A stretch of DNA of 53,235 bases, the filler included, from Sphacelaria rigidula (Eukaryota): the NCBI GenBank assembly GCA_964200075.2. It is 3 parts of 3 records of this genome, joined end to end, with 100 filler letters (N's around TTAATTAATTAA, not from the genome) between each part and the next. Parts side by side here need not be neighbours in the genome. Positions count along the whole stretch, not along the records: positions 1 to 17,695 come from CAXNAA020001015.1; positions 17,796 to 35,466 come from CAXNAA020001016.1; 1 more part is not named here. The stretch is one strand, 5' to 3'. This document shows, piece by piece, positions 10,961 to 21,824 of this stretch (the stretch's first letter is position 1; each line of letters opens with the position of its first letter). Under the pieces are notes generated by a model, which was not told where the DNA came from, did no database searches, and saw only the letters and a list, made by a program, of their open reading frames with translations. The translations under genes and the position numbers were made by a program.

Positions 10961-13289
10961 GCGAGGGTCCATAACCATCTGGGGGTATCGTACCATTTAT
11001 AAACAGCGAAAAAGATAACCTGAACCCTAACCCAACTGCTAACTGCTGCACATTGAAATACAACAGCCTCTTTTGATAATATATTTTCGACTTGCATCAC
11101 CCGCGGGAGGTCCGTACCAACCATCCGAAAGGGAACCTTGTTTACAAATAAATATATATTATATAGATATATATATATTTCACTTGCTCAGGACGCTTGA
11201 GGGTAGTGACACCATATTTTCACGAGAAGGCCGGCAAACTGCATTTGGAGCAGGACAGATCGCTCGGTAATTAACCAATCATATCGCTCCATTTCGCTTG
11301 GAAATCGCCAAGGGAGTACTCTGACACCAAGTGTTGTGCGGTCTAACTCGTTGCGCGTTTCAGACAAATACAGTATCATAGATAATACAGTATTGTACAT
11401 CGAACACAATACAACAGTACGCTACAGTACAGGCGCCCAACGCACGGCACCAGCAGGGGTGTCGTAGCAACGGACAGCGCGTTGTTCGTCTTACCGAAGA
11501 CGAAACAGTCAACACACTCATGAAGCTTCCAACAGTGTGCAGCCAGCACTGCGTGGCGACTGACGTTGTTTTCTGCAGAGGCGAACACAACGACAATATC
11601 GCAGCTCATGCAATCGAAACCGTCTTCGCAATGCGTGAACACACCACAGCAGAACAGACAGTGGAAGCTCCTAACACATGAGAGAGGTTTGAGTGTTTTT
11701 GCTGCGGTACAGTAGTGAACCAGGACATGTCCCATGTTTCAGTCCTCCGTCTGATTTTGGAGAGGTCTTCAATTTTGGGCCAGTGCCGAGTCCGAAAACT
11801 TGGCAATAGTCGCGCTCATGTCATTTCACTTTGGGTTACCTTAATCTGTGTGTGGGAGATTCGGCTCGTGATGTGGGCTTCGCCCGCTAATTTCATTCAG
11901 CAGGTTTTGTCCCGGAACATCTTCGATTTGCCAGAAGGCCCGTACTCCTCGAAAAAAAAATGAAGGGCCCATTTTTCAAAGGCAATTCTCCATAACAACT
12001 TTCAAATCTCAGTTTCAAAAATTGAGCTGGAAAGTCGATACGAGGTCCAGGCGCATTGTCCATTTTCCCTCAAAACTCCCCCCCACAAAATGAAAAAAAT
12101 GGAGAAAAATGGAATGTTTTTCTTGTTCATTGTGAAGTAGCGATTCTCCATACGATAATATCAAAGCACAGCTCTCAAAACGTGAGACGCAATATCCAGA
12201 TGTAGTGCATGAAGTGCCTCTGCTCGAAATATGTTGATTTCATACGTGCTCCAGGGAACGTCAACACCAAAAATCGTCATAATTCGCTGTATATATCGTT
12301 CGGGTTTTGATATGGGCTTTAGTATGGACGCTATTTCTGTACCGTGTAGGAAATACTGGACATGGGATTGCATGTACGAGATAAAAATTTGCCCACATAT
12401 TGGAGCAGACGGGCAGCTTTCCCATGATCAGACGATCGATACGATAGGCAGATTACGGCCCAACTCGTCCATGTCAATAAAATATTGCTTTGAAAGCGCA
12501 AGCCCGCATCTAGGCCGGCCCAGCTCGTACGCGGTACGGTAGTCACAGAGCGACGCGCGCTACCTGTGCAGCAAGCGCAAGACCGGAGAGCGTGAAACAA
12601 CTACTTGACGCGCTGCAGCATTGACAGTTGAACGGGCGGCATTGCGTTGGTCACGCTCACTGGTGAAGCGTGCGCTCCGTTTATTTCACCGGGCAAGCGA
12701 GCACAAAGAACATACACATCCATGGTGCATAATTCATCAACATATACGACGGAGAACAACAACATCTTTGTGCATCAGATACTTGGGCAAGTTGTTGTGG
12801 ACTGGTGAACATCTGATTACTTTCTCCTCTCTCTTGTGTGTTACATTCGGCCACTGGGGACAGAAAAGGGGTAACATGTGGGCTGGACAGCGGTTCACTT
12901 CAACACTTGTTACGGCAAGAAAGGGCAATAGACAAGAAAAGTGGGTCGACCCAGCCCTTTTTCAACCAATATGAAATAGTGGCCAAACACAGGTACGGGC
13001 CCTGCCCCTGCTCCTCCCAAAGCAATCAAAATCTAACCCTGACCCGAAGACAACACCACCATGGCCTGGGCAAAGCAAATCAATCAATACTCACGAACGT
13101 TCGGACGCGCCTTTGGGCCGAACAGTGCCGCGGGCAACAAGGACTACGTAGGGGGTCCGCTCTCTGGGTAGGGGGTCCCCTCTCGTCCGAGAACGGGATG
13201 GGACTACCCATCGCCATTTAATCACCCCCCCCCCGTCGTCCGCCGCGATAGTCTGTTCGGGTGGAATATCGGCGTGCGCCATCCCGGCT

Positions 13290-13842
13290 TTGTACGGGCG
13301 GATCTTCTATGGGGTTCGCGTTGGTTGGCGATTACGCTGTAAAGCACGCCACTCACTGCGCCAAGTTTGGCAAACAGGTTGCCGACTTTTTCGCGCGCTT
13401 GCGTTTCGTTTGCAGGAACCACGATGGTGGTCAAGCCAGATCATATTGTGCGGGGTAGGAGAACCTCAGCTCCGCGCAAAGGAGACGATCGTACTGCGTA
13501 ATGTTCAGATGGTGAGACACCCATGAGGCAGTGTACATGCCGTGACGGTACCTTGAAGTGCCGTGACGGTACCTTGAAGTGGCGATACCACAATGTGAAG
13601 CAACCCATTGAAGATTGGCATCCAGATGCGAGATAATTAGTACGCTTCGGGCCGAACAATCTTAGCAGGATGAAGTTCACTCTTCATGCGACTCGCCTGA
13701 CACACCACGGCGCTTCGTGCTTGGTGATTGATTGCGAGCCTGGTCCGGCGAAACCTCGGCGTGCTCCGTGCCGGCTTTGCAGGGATGCGAGGTCAATGGT
13801 CTGATGACTATGGCATGCATGATCATGAGTACACCCTCCCCT
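13290..13842 (-). mobile_element. Unclassified dispersed repeat, family G (conserved end GGGTGTACTCATGATCATG)
   Basis: Reverse-complement homologue of 16845-17340. The same end also occurs at 16465, 35677, 41120 and 53173. Confidence 0.75.
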
Positions 13843-14202
13843 CCGTCGCCCCTTTTTATCCCAGGACCTAAAACATGTCCACCGCTTCTTTCTGCGGACT
13901 GGAGGGACTACCCCGCACACAAACCAGACCCCGTCGGGATGTTCAGTTGGTCTCCACCTCACAGCACAACAACAATGAAGGCAGACGATGATCTCTCACA
14001 GATTGTTGCTCGACAACAAATGTAGAGACCTCAACGGAACGGAACGGGCCGCGGTCCCGAAGAGTATGGCGAAAAATGTTCTAGGGGCCAACAGGATCGC
14101 TGCGTAAGCGCTCTAGACGGAGGGTTTGAATATTTTCTCAGAACACACTCTCGAACAGTGTTGCGTGGCTCCTCTTCCCGACATACGATACGTAAGGGTA
14201 GG

Positions 14203-14413
14203 TGTAATGCGTGAGAGGACCGCGTGCTTAGAGGACCGTATCGGAATTCGAACACCATTGTGGTTAGGGGTAGGGTTAGGGTTAGTGTTGGGGTTAGGGT
14301 CAGGGGCGTGGTGCCAGTAGGGACTGACCCGATTGGTTTTGAAAAACGTCGATCCTGAAGAATTTTGAACTACGGCGCGGTCCTCTAAGCACGCGGTCCT
14401 CTCACGCATTACA
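14203..14413. mobile_element. MITE with 36-bp perfect TIRs and internal TTAGGG-like tract
   Basis: tgtaatgcgtgagaggaccgcgtgcttagaggaccg (14203-14238) has its exact reverse complement at 14378-14413. The tract ggttaggggtagggttagggttag...ggttaggg lies at ~14262-14300. Confidence 0.85.
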
Positions 14414-14659
14414 TCAATCTTGACTTCCTGTACTTCCGGAATGATAACACAAAAGTTGTCCGACAACGACAACGCTAATGGGGTAGCACAACGCCCCTAG
14501 GCTCTGTCGAGACAGCACAACGGGTCGCCATCCAAACAGACCCACCCAGCAACCTACATAGAACTTATATGAAAAGGATACTGTTCGAGACGCCAATTGG
14601 GCCGCCAAAAGTGTGTGAGCTTCTCGCAGACACCATTGAGACCGTGGACAACGTATCTA

Positions 14660-15818
14660 CAGGCTGGGCCGCCTAGGAAGCTCACTTGCCTTCAGCCTGT
14701 TCGAAGTGACGATGTAGCGCGAGTTGTGCCTACTATGACACAACGTGGTATTCGGAAAATCAGCGCGCGTCTTCAAATCCATGTAGCACTGCGATCCGAC
14801 AAGGTCTCGTCAAACGAATACCAAACTGTAGTCAAGTGCGAAAGTGTAGAGAGTTGAGGGTACCATGTGCGGCGGGATTAGCCAAAACAAAACGGCTGAA
14901 CTTGAATTTTCGGGTACAGCCGGTTGTGCCGCGTGGTGCCGCACAAGCTGCAATTGTAAAACAACACATGTCGCACCAGGCGCGCAGTATCCAAGATGAC
15001 AAGCAGACGAAGCCCGCAGCGTGTCATAGCGTCTGGTAGTAGTGTGCGAACTAACGAGCAGTTTGTGAAGACCTCCGACCCAAAAGCAGAAGAAGACAAG
15101 GCAAAGGCGAACTTTCGGCTGAGGTTCCATCTCTACATGGGAACTGGATTTCGAAAGAGTGAAGCAATGCCCGAGCTCATTTTCGAGTCGTTTTCGATGA
15201 AATTGTGACAGGATGTACAGGAGGTATGTGTAAATACCTCGTCGTTCCCGCCTTATGTTCTTGTTTTGTTTTTGGTGAGTTATTGGCGATGGAACATTTC
15301 AGAACAGTTCTTCAGAACAAACCTGCTAATGACTCACAACAAGGGGGATAAGAGGGGTTTCCGCACATAGATCAAGTTCATCGTGTCATATTTTCATTGG
15401 AAACAACTTGAAATTGAACAGCATAAATGCATTTGGGTTATTCGTGGCTGGTCCATTTCCATATACTATAGGAGCCGGTTGACGACAGAATGACGCGAGT
15501 CGTGGGCTAGTTTTCAATCGTTTTCGATGAAATTCTGACACGATGTACAGGACGATGTATAAAAGATTTAACGTCCCCCCCCAACTTTCTCTTCTCCTCA
15601 TCCCCGTGAGTTATTGGCAACTTTGTTCCGAAGAAATTTTCTGAAATGTTTCGTTGCCAATAACTCACGAAGGAAGAGAAAAAAAACATGGCGGGAAAGG
15701 TTGGGTCTTCGCACATACGTCCTGTACATCGTGTCAAAAACATCCCGAAAACGACTCAAAATTGAGCGCACGGCTCGCGTGTCAACATTCCTGGTCGCAT
15801 CTTAGACGGCCAAGCTTG
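14660..15818 (+). mobile_element. Family A TIR element, second copy
   Basis: Starts ta|caggctgggccgc and ends with degenerate acggccaagcttg. It is the reverse complement of 4576-5726. Confidence 0.8.
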
Positions 15819-16461
15819 TTTTGTTTCTATTTTTCTTGGGATGCTCCACTTGGATAGACTTGGATTTATTATCTACCCTGTTGATGGCGAACCCGTGCGT
15901 TCAGGCGGCGCCCTTCCTTTTTAGGCGCTACATACACCCGTACACCGTTGACACGCACGCACCCAGCTGGAGTTTTTTTTTGTGCCCTTACAGTGTACGT
16001 CGAAACCTGAATAAAACAGCCATTTTCCAGTTTATTCTGCTGACCGTGGGGCGTCTTCTGGAGCGCCTACTGCCGTGCTGTGCATTCCAATGTGAAACGC
16101 ACGAGGCACAAAATCAGCGCTCGAAATGCACAGGTGGGCAACGAGAGCCGCGCTGCCACAGTCGGCCCTTAGATGGCGTGTCCCGAACAACCCTAGATGG
16201 TATGCCACTCACATGTGTTTGGAAAAAACAGGTACTCTCCGCCTGGTATCTATATATCACGAAGTGAACGGGCATTCTGCGTGTGCTTGGCAGATACGTG
16301 CTGTAGTGAGCATAGGATCCAAATGCCGCGATTTTGCACTGCTTGTCCGCACAGTACAGTACTGTAGCCTGTGTACCTCAGGGCATTCATTGTACAAGCA
16401 GGACAGGCGGCAGCATAGCCGTGTACTGTAGCTGCGCAAACTATTGGTGTAGAGATAGGGG

Positions 16462-16650
16462 AGGGGGGTGTACTCATCATCTTGCATGCCGTATGCATGA
16501 GGCCACTGATCTCGTAATCACCAAGCGCGCGGCGCCGTGATGTGTTCGGCGAGTCGCATGAGGGGTGATCTACAACCTACTGATATTATTCCGCCCGGAG
16601 CGTACTACTCGTGATTATCTTGCGCATGGATGATAGCTTCGAATGAGGTT
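16462..16650 (+). mobile_element. Family G fragment with internal deletion
   Basis: ggggggtgtactcatcatc...atcaccaagcgcgcggcgccgtg...gattatcttgc is homologous to 16845 onward. Confidence 0.6.
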
Positions 16651-16844
16651 TTGTGATAATCAGCTTACAACGTGATCACACCCTCGGATACGTTTATTTT
16701 TTCTTTGTATCGCCACTCCCTGAGGCAGCCACGGGTTTCACTGCTTCATGAGTGTCTCGCCATCAAAACGTTTACACCATCAGTGGCGTGTTTTACAGCG
16801 ACGTTGCCGACCGACGTCACCCTTCAAAAACAGGACGTGAGGAG

Positions 16845-17340
16845 GGGGGTGTACTCATGATCATACATGCCATAGTCATCAGACCATTGACCTCGCATCC
16901 CTACAAAGCCGGAACGGAGCACGCCGGGTTTTCGCCCGACCAGGCTCGCAATTAATCACGAAGCGCGAAGCGCCGTGGTTCGCTCGGCGAGTAGCATGAA
17001 GGCTGAGCTGCACCCTGCCAAGATTGTTCGGCCGGAAGAGTACTGATTATCTTGCATTTGGATAACAGCCTCCAAAGAGTTGTTTCTTTCGTGGTATCCC
17101 CACTTCCAGAGATAGTCACGGCTCTTGCACTGCCTCATGGGTGTCTCACCATTTGAACACTACGTAGTATGAGCATTTCCTTTGCGCGGAGTTGACGTTT
17201 GCCCACCCCGCACAATATGATCTACTATAATAGGTCGACTAGCATCATGGTTCCCGTGAAAAAAACGCAAGCGCGCGAAAAAACAATCGGTAACGTGGTT
17301 GCCTAGCTCGCGCAGTGAGAGGGGGATTTTGCAGCGTCAT
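16845..17340 (+). mobile_element. Family G copy, interrupted by a SINE
   Basis: Homologous to 13290-13842. Homology stops at cagcgtcat, exactly where the tRNA-like SINE head begins. Confidence 0.75.
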
Positions 17341-17695
17341 CCGCCGATCGCCCTGGTGGCTCAGTTGGTAACCTCGAAACCTTCTGACGGCTGGGTCGTG
17401 GGTTCAAATCTTGGAGCGACCTGGTATTTTTTCTCACACCATGCCGAACAGTGGAGAGCTACGATGTCGTGGGTACATAAAATTCGACTGAACGGTCGAC
17501 GAGGGAAAGGGACTGCTGAAGCTCTCTCGCGGTAAAAAAAGAAAGGGAAGCACCGCAGAAGGAAGGTGGAGTACTACAAAGAGGAAAAAAAACTCCCGTG
17601 TTGACCTTCCTCCTGTGTGACCCCGGCTGATGCACCCACATATACCGAAAGGTGTAAACCGGCGTCCAAAATAGATGGGACGACAACATACACAT
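17341..17695 (+). mobile_element. tRNA-derived SINE, family S
   Basis: Pol III A box TGGCTCAGTTGG and B box GGTTCAAATC, a conserved body (gttgaccttcctcctgtgtgaccccggctg...gaaaggtgtagaccggcgt) and an AC-rich tail. Six copies occur in the window. Confidence 0.85.
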
Positions 17696-17795
17696 NNNNN
17701 NNNNNNNNNNNNNNNNNNNNNNNNNNNNNNNNNNNNNNNTTAATTAATTAANNNNNNNNNNNNNNNNNNNNNNNNNNNNNNNNNNNNNNNNNNNN
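17696..17795. other. Artificial contig linker (N44-TTAATTAATTAA-N44)
   Basis: Exactly 100 bp with stop codons in all six frames. Identical to the linker at 35467-35566. Confidence 0.97.
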
Positions 17796-17984
17796 GATAT
17801 TCGCTTGTTCTATGTTCTATGGTTGGGTGTGTTGTGGCAGTGCATGCTGCCGTGGCGCTGAACTTGCGCTTACATCGCGTGCGTATTATGATGACGTATG
17901 TACACTCTTCTTAAACCCCTGTATCATATCATACGAGTATCACATACGCTTATCCCACACTAATTGTGATACAAGTTGAGCGTA

Positions 17985-18356
17985 TGACGGTTGTGACGTT
18001 CATTCACACGTCACAAACGTATAATCATGTGACATGTGACGTTAATTGTGACGTGCAACGTCAATTGCGACGTGTAACGTCAATTGCGACGTGTAACGTA
18101 TAAAATACGATACACGTCACGTGAAACGTTTCAAAATACGTTACTTTGACGTATTAAAAGATATACGTCACGTCACGTCACATTTGTGACGTATCAAAAA
18201 ATTGAACGTTACGTCACGTCATATTTTTTCATAGGTACGTTACGTTACGTCACATTTGTGACGTATTCGAAAAACATACGGTACGTTACGTCACATCGTT
18301 GTGACGTACGTTTGTGACGTGTAACGTACGTGTAACGCGTAACGTAAAGAGCCCTG
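17985..18356. mobile_element. ACGT-rich subterminal array and probable hAT-type terminus
   Basis: Dozens of gtgacgt/acgtcac/taacgt motifs end abruptly at agagccctg (reverse complement CAGGGCTCT). The partner end was not found. Confidence 0.55.
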
Positions 18357-19029
18357 AAAAAAACGAACCGGAAGAAACGGCCTAACATCCCCCAAATTCA
18401 AATGGAATCTATTTGTTATGGCCGCACCACCGCCCTTGCTGGCATGTGTATGTCAGAGAACAGTAGTAGCGGTGACGGGAACATTGCCCTGTTTTTCAAC
18501 GACATGTTTTTTGGCGCACAGAGGCGTGTCCTGTCCAAAAGGAGAGGCAGATAGCTCCTCGCCTGTGTGTCCTTTGTGTGTCCTCGCTCGGCGATCACCA
18601 AACTCTCGAGAGACAGGCATCATCGATGTTACCAGCATGTGCCCAATTTTCCATGTGCCGGAACATCGAGCTGCGGAGATATTATATCTCGTCTTACAAT
18701 TGCCTGTCGAGCTCACGAATGCGAGGAGTTATTCCTCTCTGTCGTTGCTTCTCTCTCTGGTGATATCGTTATCAACATGCGTGTACACCACATTCGTTAG
18801 TTAGGTGCACCTAGCCACAGCTGCTTAACTGCTGCGGACATTTGGGGGGGGATATGACTTCGCTCGATCGTAAGTGTTTCCCGTCATCCCTGCAAAAAAA
18901 AAATGCCACTTGAACCTCATTTTTGGGATGGACCCCATTTTCCAGGATCCACTGTTCGTCAGTGAGGTACTGTAAATATTCACTCCCCCCCCTTTACTAC
19001 GAGTATGGAACAGGCAACAAAATTATACT

Positions 19030-19220
19030 TCGTAGCGATAAAAAATATTAAAGGCAAGCACCGCACGAGGAAGGTGGAATACAGGTACTGTACTAAAAAC
19101 AAACGAACAAAAAAACTTCTGTGTTGACCTTCCTCCTGTGTGACCCCGGCTGATGCGCCCACACACAGTGAAAGGTGTAGACCGGCGTTCAGAAGAGATG
19201 GGACGACAACGCACACACGG
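19030..19220 (+). mobile_element. SINE family S, 3' portion
   Basis: gcaagcaccgca...gttgaccttcctcctgtgtgaccccggctgatgcgcccac...gatgggacgacaacgcacacac. Confidence 0.8.
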
Positions 19221-19911
19221 ACACGTAGTTGCTACTACAGTATGTAGGCAAACAAGTAGCGTTCAACACGGTCTAGCTCCCGCTGCGTAACCCTTGTGTG
19301 GTCAAAGCAAAGGACTGCGTAAGGATTGCAACGGATTACATGGTTGTACGAGCAAGTTGCCTGGGGTATTATTCTTCTCAATCATCGTTCATTCATGTTT
19401 AAGACGAATGGCCTACCAATCCTACCTAACGGTACGATAATATCTCTACTGCACGTGTGAACAAATAGTGTGCTGCGATGAGATGGACCTCTTGCCCATG
19501 CATACTACCACACGTGTACGTACAGGATACCATTGCTCGTAACTTCAAAGTTGGGATCGTGGGTATACACATGTATGTGTACACCTGGAGTAAAACCTGT
19601 CAGACGGTCTGCATCCCAACAATATCGAAGAGGCGTTTGGGGTGCTGCGGATTTGAAACTAATCCACGTACAGTACCCGCTGATCCTCCGAACAGACGGT
19701 AAAAACGTGAACTCACACTCACACGGTTCAGGTCCCCCGCCTTCTGCTACGACTACGCAGCAGACATCTGGTCTACATTCCTCTGCTGTTCCCCCTTACC
19801 TTGACTACATATTTTCTAATCCAGCAGACATTCATCTGTCCAATAGCACGCACGGGCTACATTTTGTGCGAGCTGGGGATCGAGGACGATTCAGTCTACT
19901 CTTGGTAAGAG

Positions 19912-20028
19912 ATGCCGGACGTTATAAAGCCACCGCCGGGAGAAGGGGCGGGCGAAGAGGATGAACAACGACAAGACGACGCCGTAATGGATGTCATGGG
20001 TACCTCCGGCAGGGATTTACCCCTCCAG
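19912..20028 (+). CDS. Possible first coding exon of an unidentified gene (MPDVIKPPPGEGAGEEDEQRQDDAVMDVMGTSGRDLPLQ)
   Basis: ATG-initiated, GC-rich, acidic peptide ending at CAG|GTGTGT. No downstream exon was confidently linked. Confidence 0.4.
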
Positions 20029-21240
20029 GTGTGTGTGTATTCTGGGGGTGTTGTGGTCGCTATACCGTGTGATGTGGTACTGTTCTGTGTGCGATCTCAC
20101 TCTGGGAAATTGTCGTACGATCGCTGTTGTACAAAATGTGTGATGTCTGAACCCAGATGCAAGAGCCGTGAAATATACCTTCTGATGAGGAAGTACAAAT
20201 GGCAACTACAACCCAAGAGACAAGAGACAGTACCGACAATATACTTTCTGGCGTATAGCCTGCACTGCCCAAACTTCAACGGTTCGTTGCCGGTCCCTGA
20301 AGACAGGGTACATGTACAACACGACATTTACCCCCGGTGGATTGATTCGAGTATTGATCGCATGCTGAGGTATGTATAAGACCTACGAGCTACATGTAGC
20401 TAGCCTTTGCTGTGCGGTATGATTGGGGGCACCGAGTGTAAGATATTTCTGACGGAGGCCCCAGTCGAATCATGATCATACGATTATACACTAGCAGCGA
20501 TGAATTCGTTTCGTACTAACATAAATATAACTGTACTATAGTATTGGCATAGTACGCACGACTGACTGTCCGCGACGATGTGCGCCGCACTGTGTGCGGT
20601 ACGCAGGAGCGAACTGGTGCGGTCCAACACGGGCCACAAGCCGTGAACCCAACCCCCTTAGTGTGATGTGAGAAATTGCTCGGTGACAAAGGTGCTCTCC
20701 CGTGCTGCTGTCTCGTCACGGCCAAAACCAAATATGCCTGATGCAAGTACCAGAAAATCACCAGGCGCTCCATGTTTTTAAAATCTTTATTAGGTGAAGA
20801 TCAATTTCAATTTTTAACTTTTTGGCGGACAGGCGTCACACGATACTGCTATAATACGGTACTACTTTATCGCCGCTGCTTTATTAGCATTGAAGAACAC
20901 TGTCACTTTTGGCACTCGATCGGTAACGTCGTGACCCCAACACCCGACATATCGGATACTGTACTGTACTGTATGTGATATATGATATATATGATATGTA
21001 ATGCCGCTTGATTCTTGCCCCGTTCGGAGAGGGTGGGATGGAACGCAAAAACAAAACCCACAATCCATCACACGTTGACACTGGGAAAACATCGCATTCG
21101 CATCCACAGATGATGCCCAGGTTTTATCCATCCTCTATAATGGAATAAATAAGATTCGTGTTGCAGCAAAAATCGGAAACGATTAATTGTTCGTTGTCCT
21201 CAAATAAGAGGTGACCAAGGATTTGGTCGTATATCCATGG

Positions 21241-21824
21241 CGGTAGAGCTAAAGCTTTGGTCGTATTCCTATGGCTGACAACATGACTGCTTGATTTAGA
21301 CTTGAGAAAGCTCTGAGAAAAATTATGGTTTGGGGCAGGTGAGTAGTGGACCCAGCTCGTCCAGAACGTGTTTTCGTCGAAATCGGCGCCTGCGGCGTCG
21401 ATTTCAGGTCTTCCAACGAACACGTTGCCCCAGGGGAACGTATGCAACCCCCTTGCCCGAGGGTCTCGATTGTCTTGGGTCGAGGGTCGACGTCAGGCGA
21501 CATAAGATTTGGGTTGACATAAGGTACGACATATCTATGGTTGATTTTCTCGAATCAACTAGCAATAACGCCAACCTTACCCCTAACCTCGACCCAAGGC
21601 ATACGAGACCCTCGGGCAACGGGCGTGCATAAGTTTCTCTAGGCAACGTCGTCGTTGGCAGGCCTAAAATCGACGCCGCAGGCGCCGATTTCGACCAAAA
21701 CACGTTCTGGACGAGCTGGGTCCACTTCTCACCTGCCGCATACCATAATTTTTCCCAGAGCTTTCTCAAGTCAAGTAGTCATGCTGTCAGCCATAAATAT
21801 ACAACCAAAGCTTTAGGTCTGCTG
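21241..21824. mobile_element. Fold-back element/MITE with ~250-bp imperfect inverted arms
   Basis: 21241-21500 is the reverse complement of ~21570-21824 (e.g. tggacccagctcgtccagaacgtgtttt / aaaacacgttctggacgagctgggtcca). The motif ccttacccctaacc lies near the centre. Confidence 0.85.

Larger units (their letters stand above)
8783..12527. mobile_element. 3.7-kb non-autonomous TIR element with TA target duplication (Tc1/mariner-like)
   Basis: TA|CGAGCTGGGCCGGCCTAGACGCG at 8781-8805 and CGCATCTAGGCCGGCCCAGCTCG|TA ending at 12529 form a 23-bp TIR with one mismatch. The interior contains tandem duplications and no recognisable transposase ORF. Confidence 0.8.

Noticed and set aside
13745-13815. 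Hammerhead-ribozyme-like words (CGAAAC...GTC...CTGATGA) in family G
   Set aside because: Stem I would be only 6 nt in total, stem II cannot close (C opposite C), and CTGATGA is mutated in the copies at ~41150 and ~53205.
17341-17420. tRNA genes at the SINE heads (also 26970 and 49998)
   Set aside because: Acceptor stems are poor, anticodon loops differ between copies, and each head is fused to the same ~280-bp body and AC tail, so they are SINEs.
852-17695. Endogenous phaeovirus segment suggested by the EsV-1-7 name
   Set aside because: There are no other viral genes or gene-dense ORF blocks; the flanks are host-type transposons, and EsV-1-7 genes are common host genes in brown algae.
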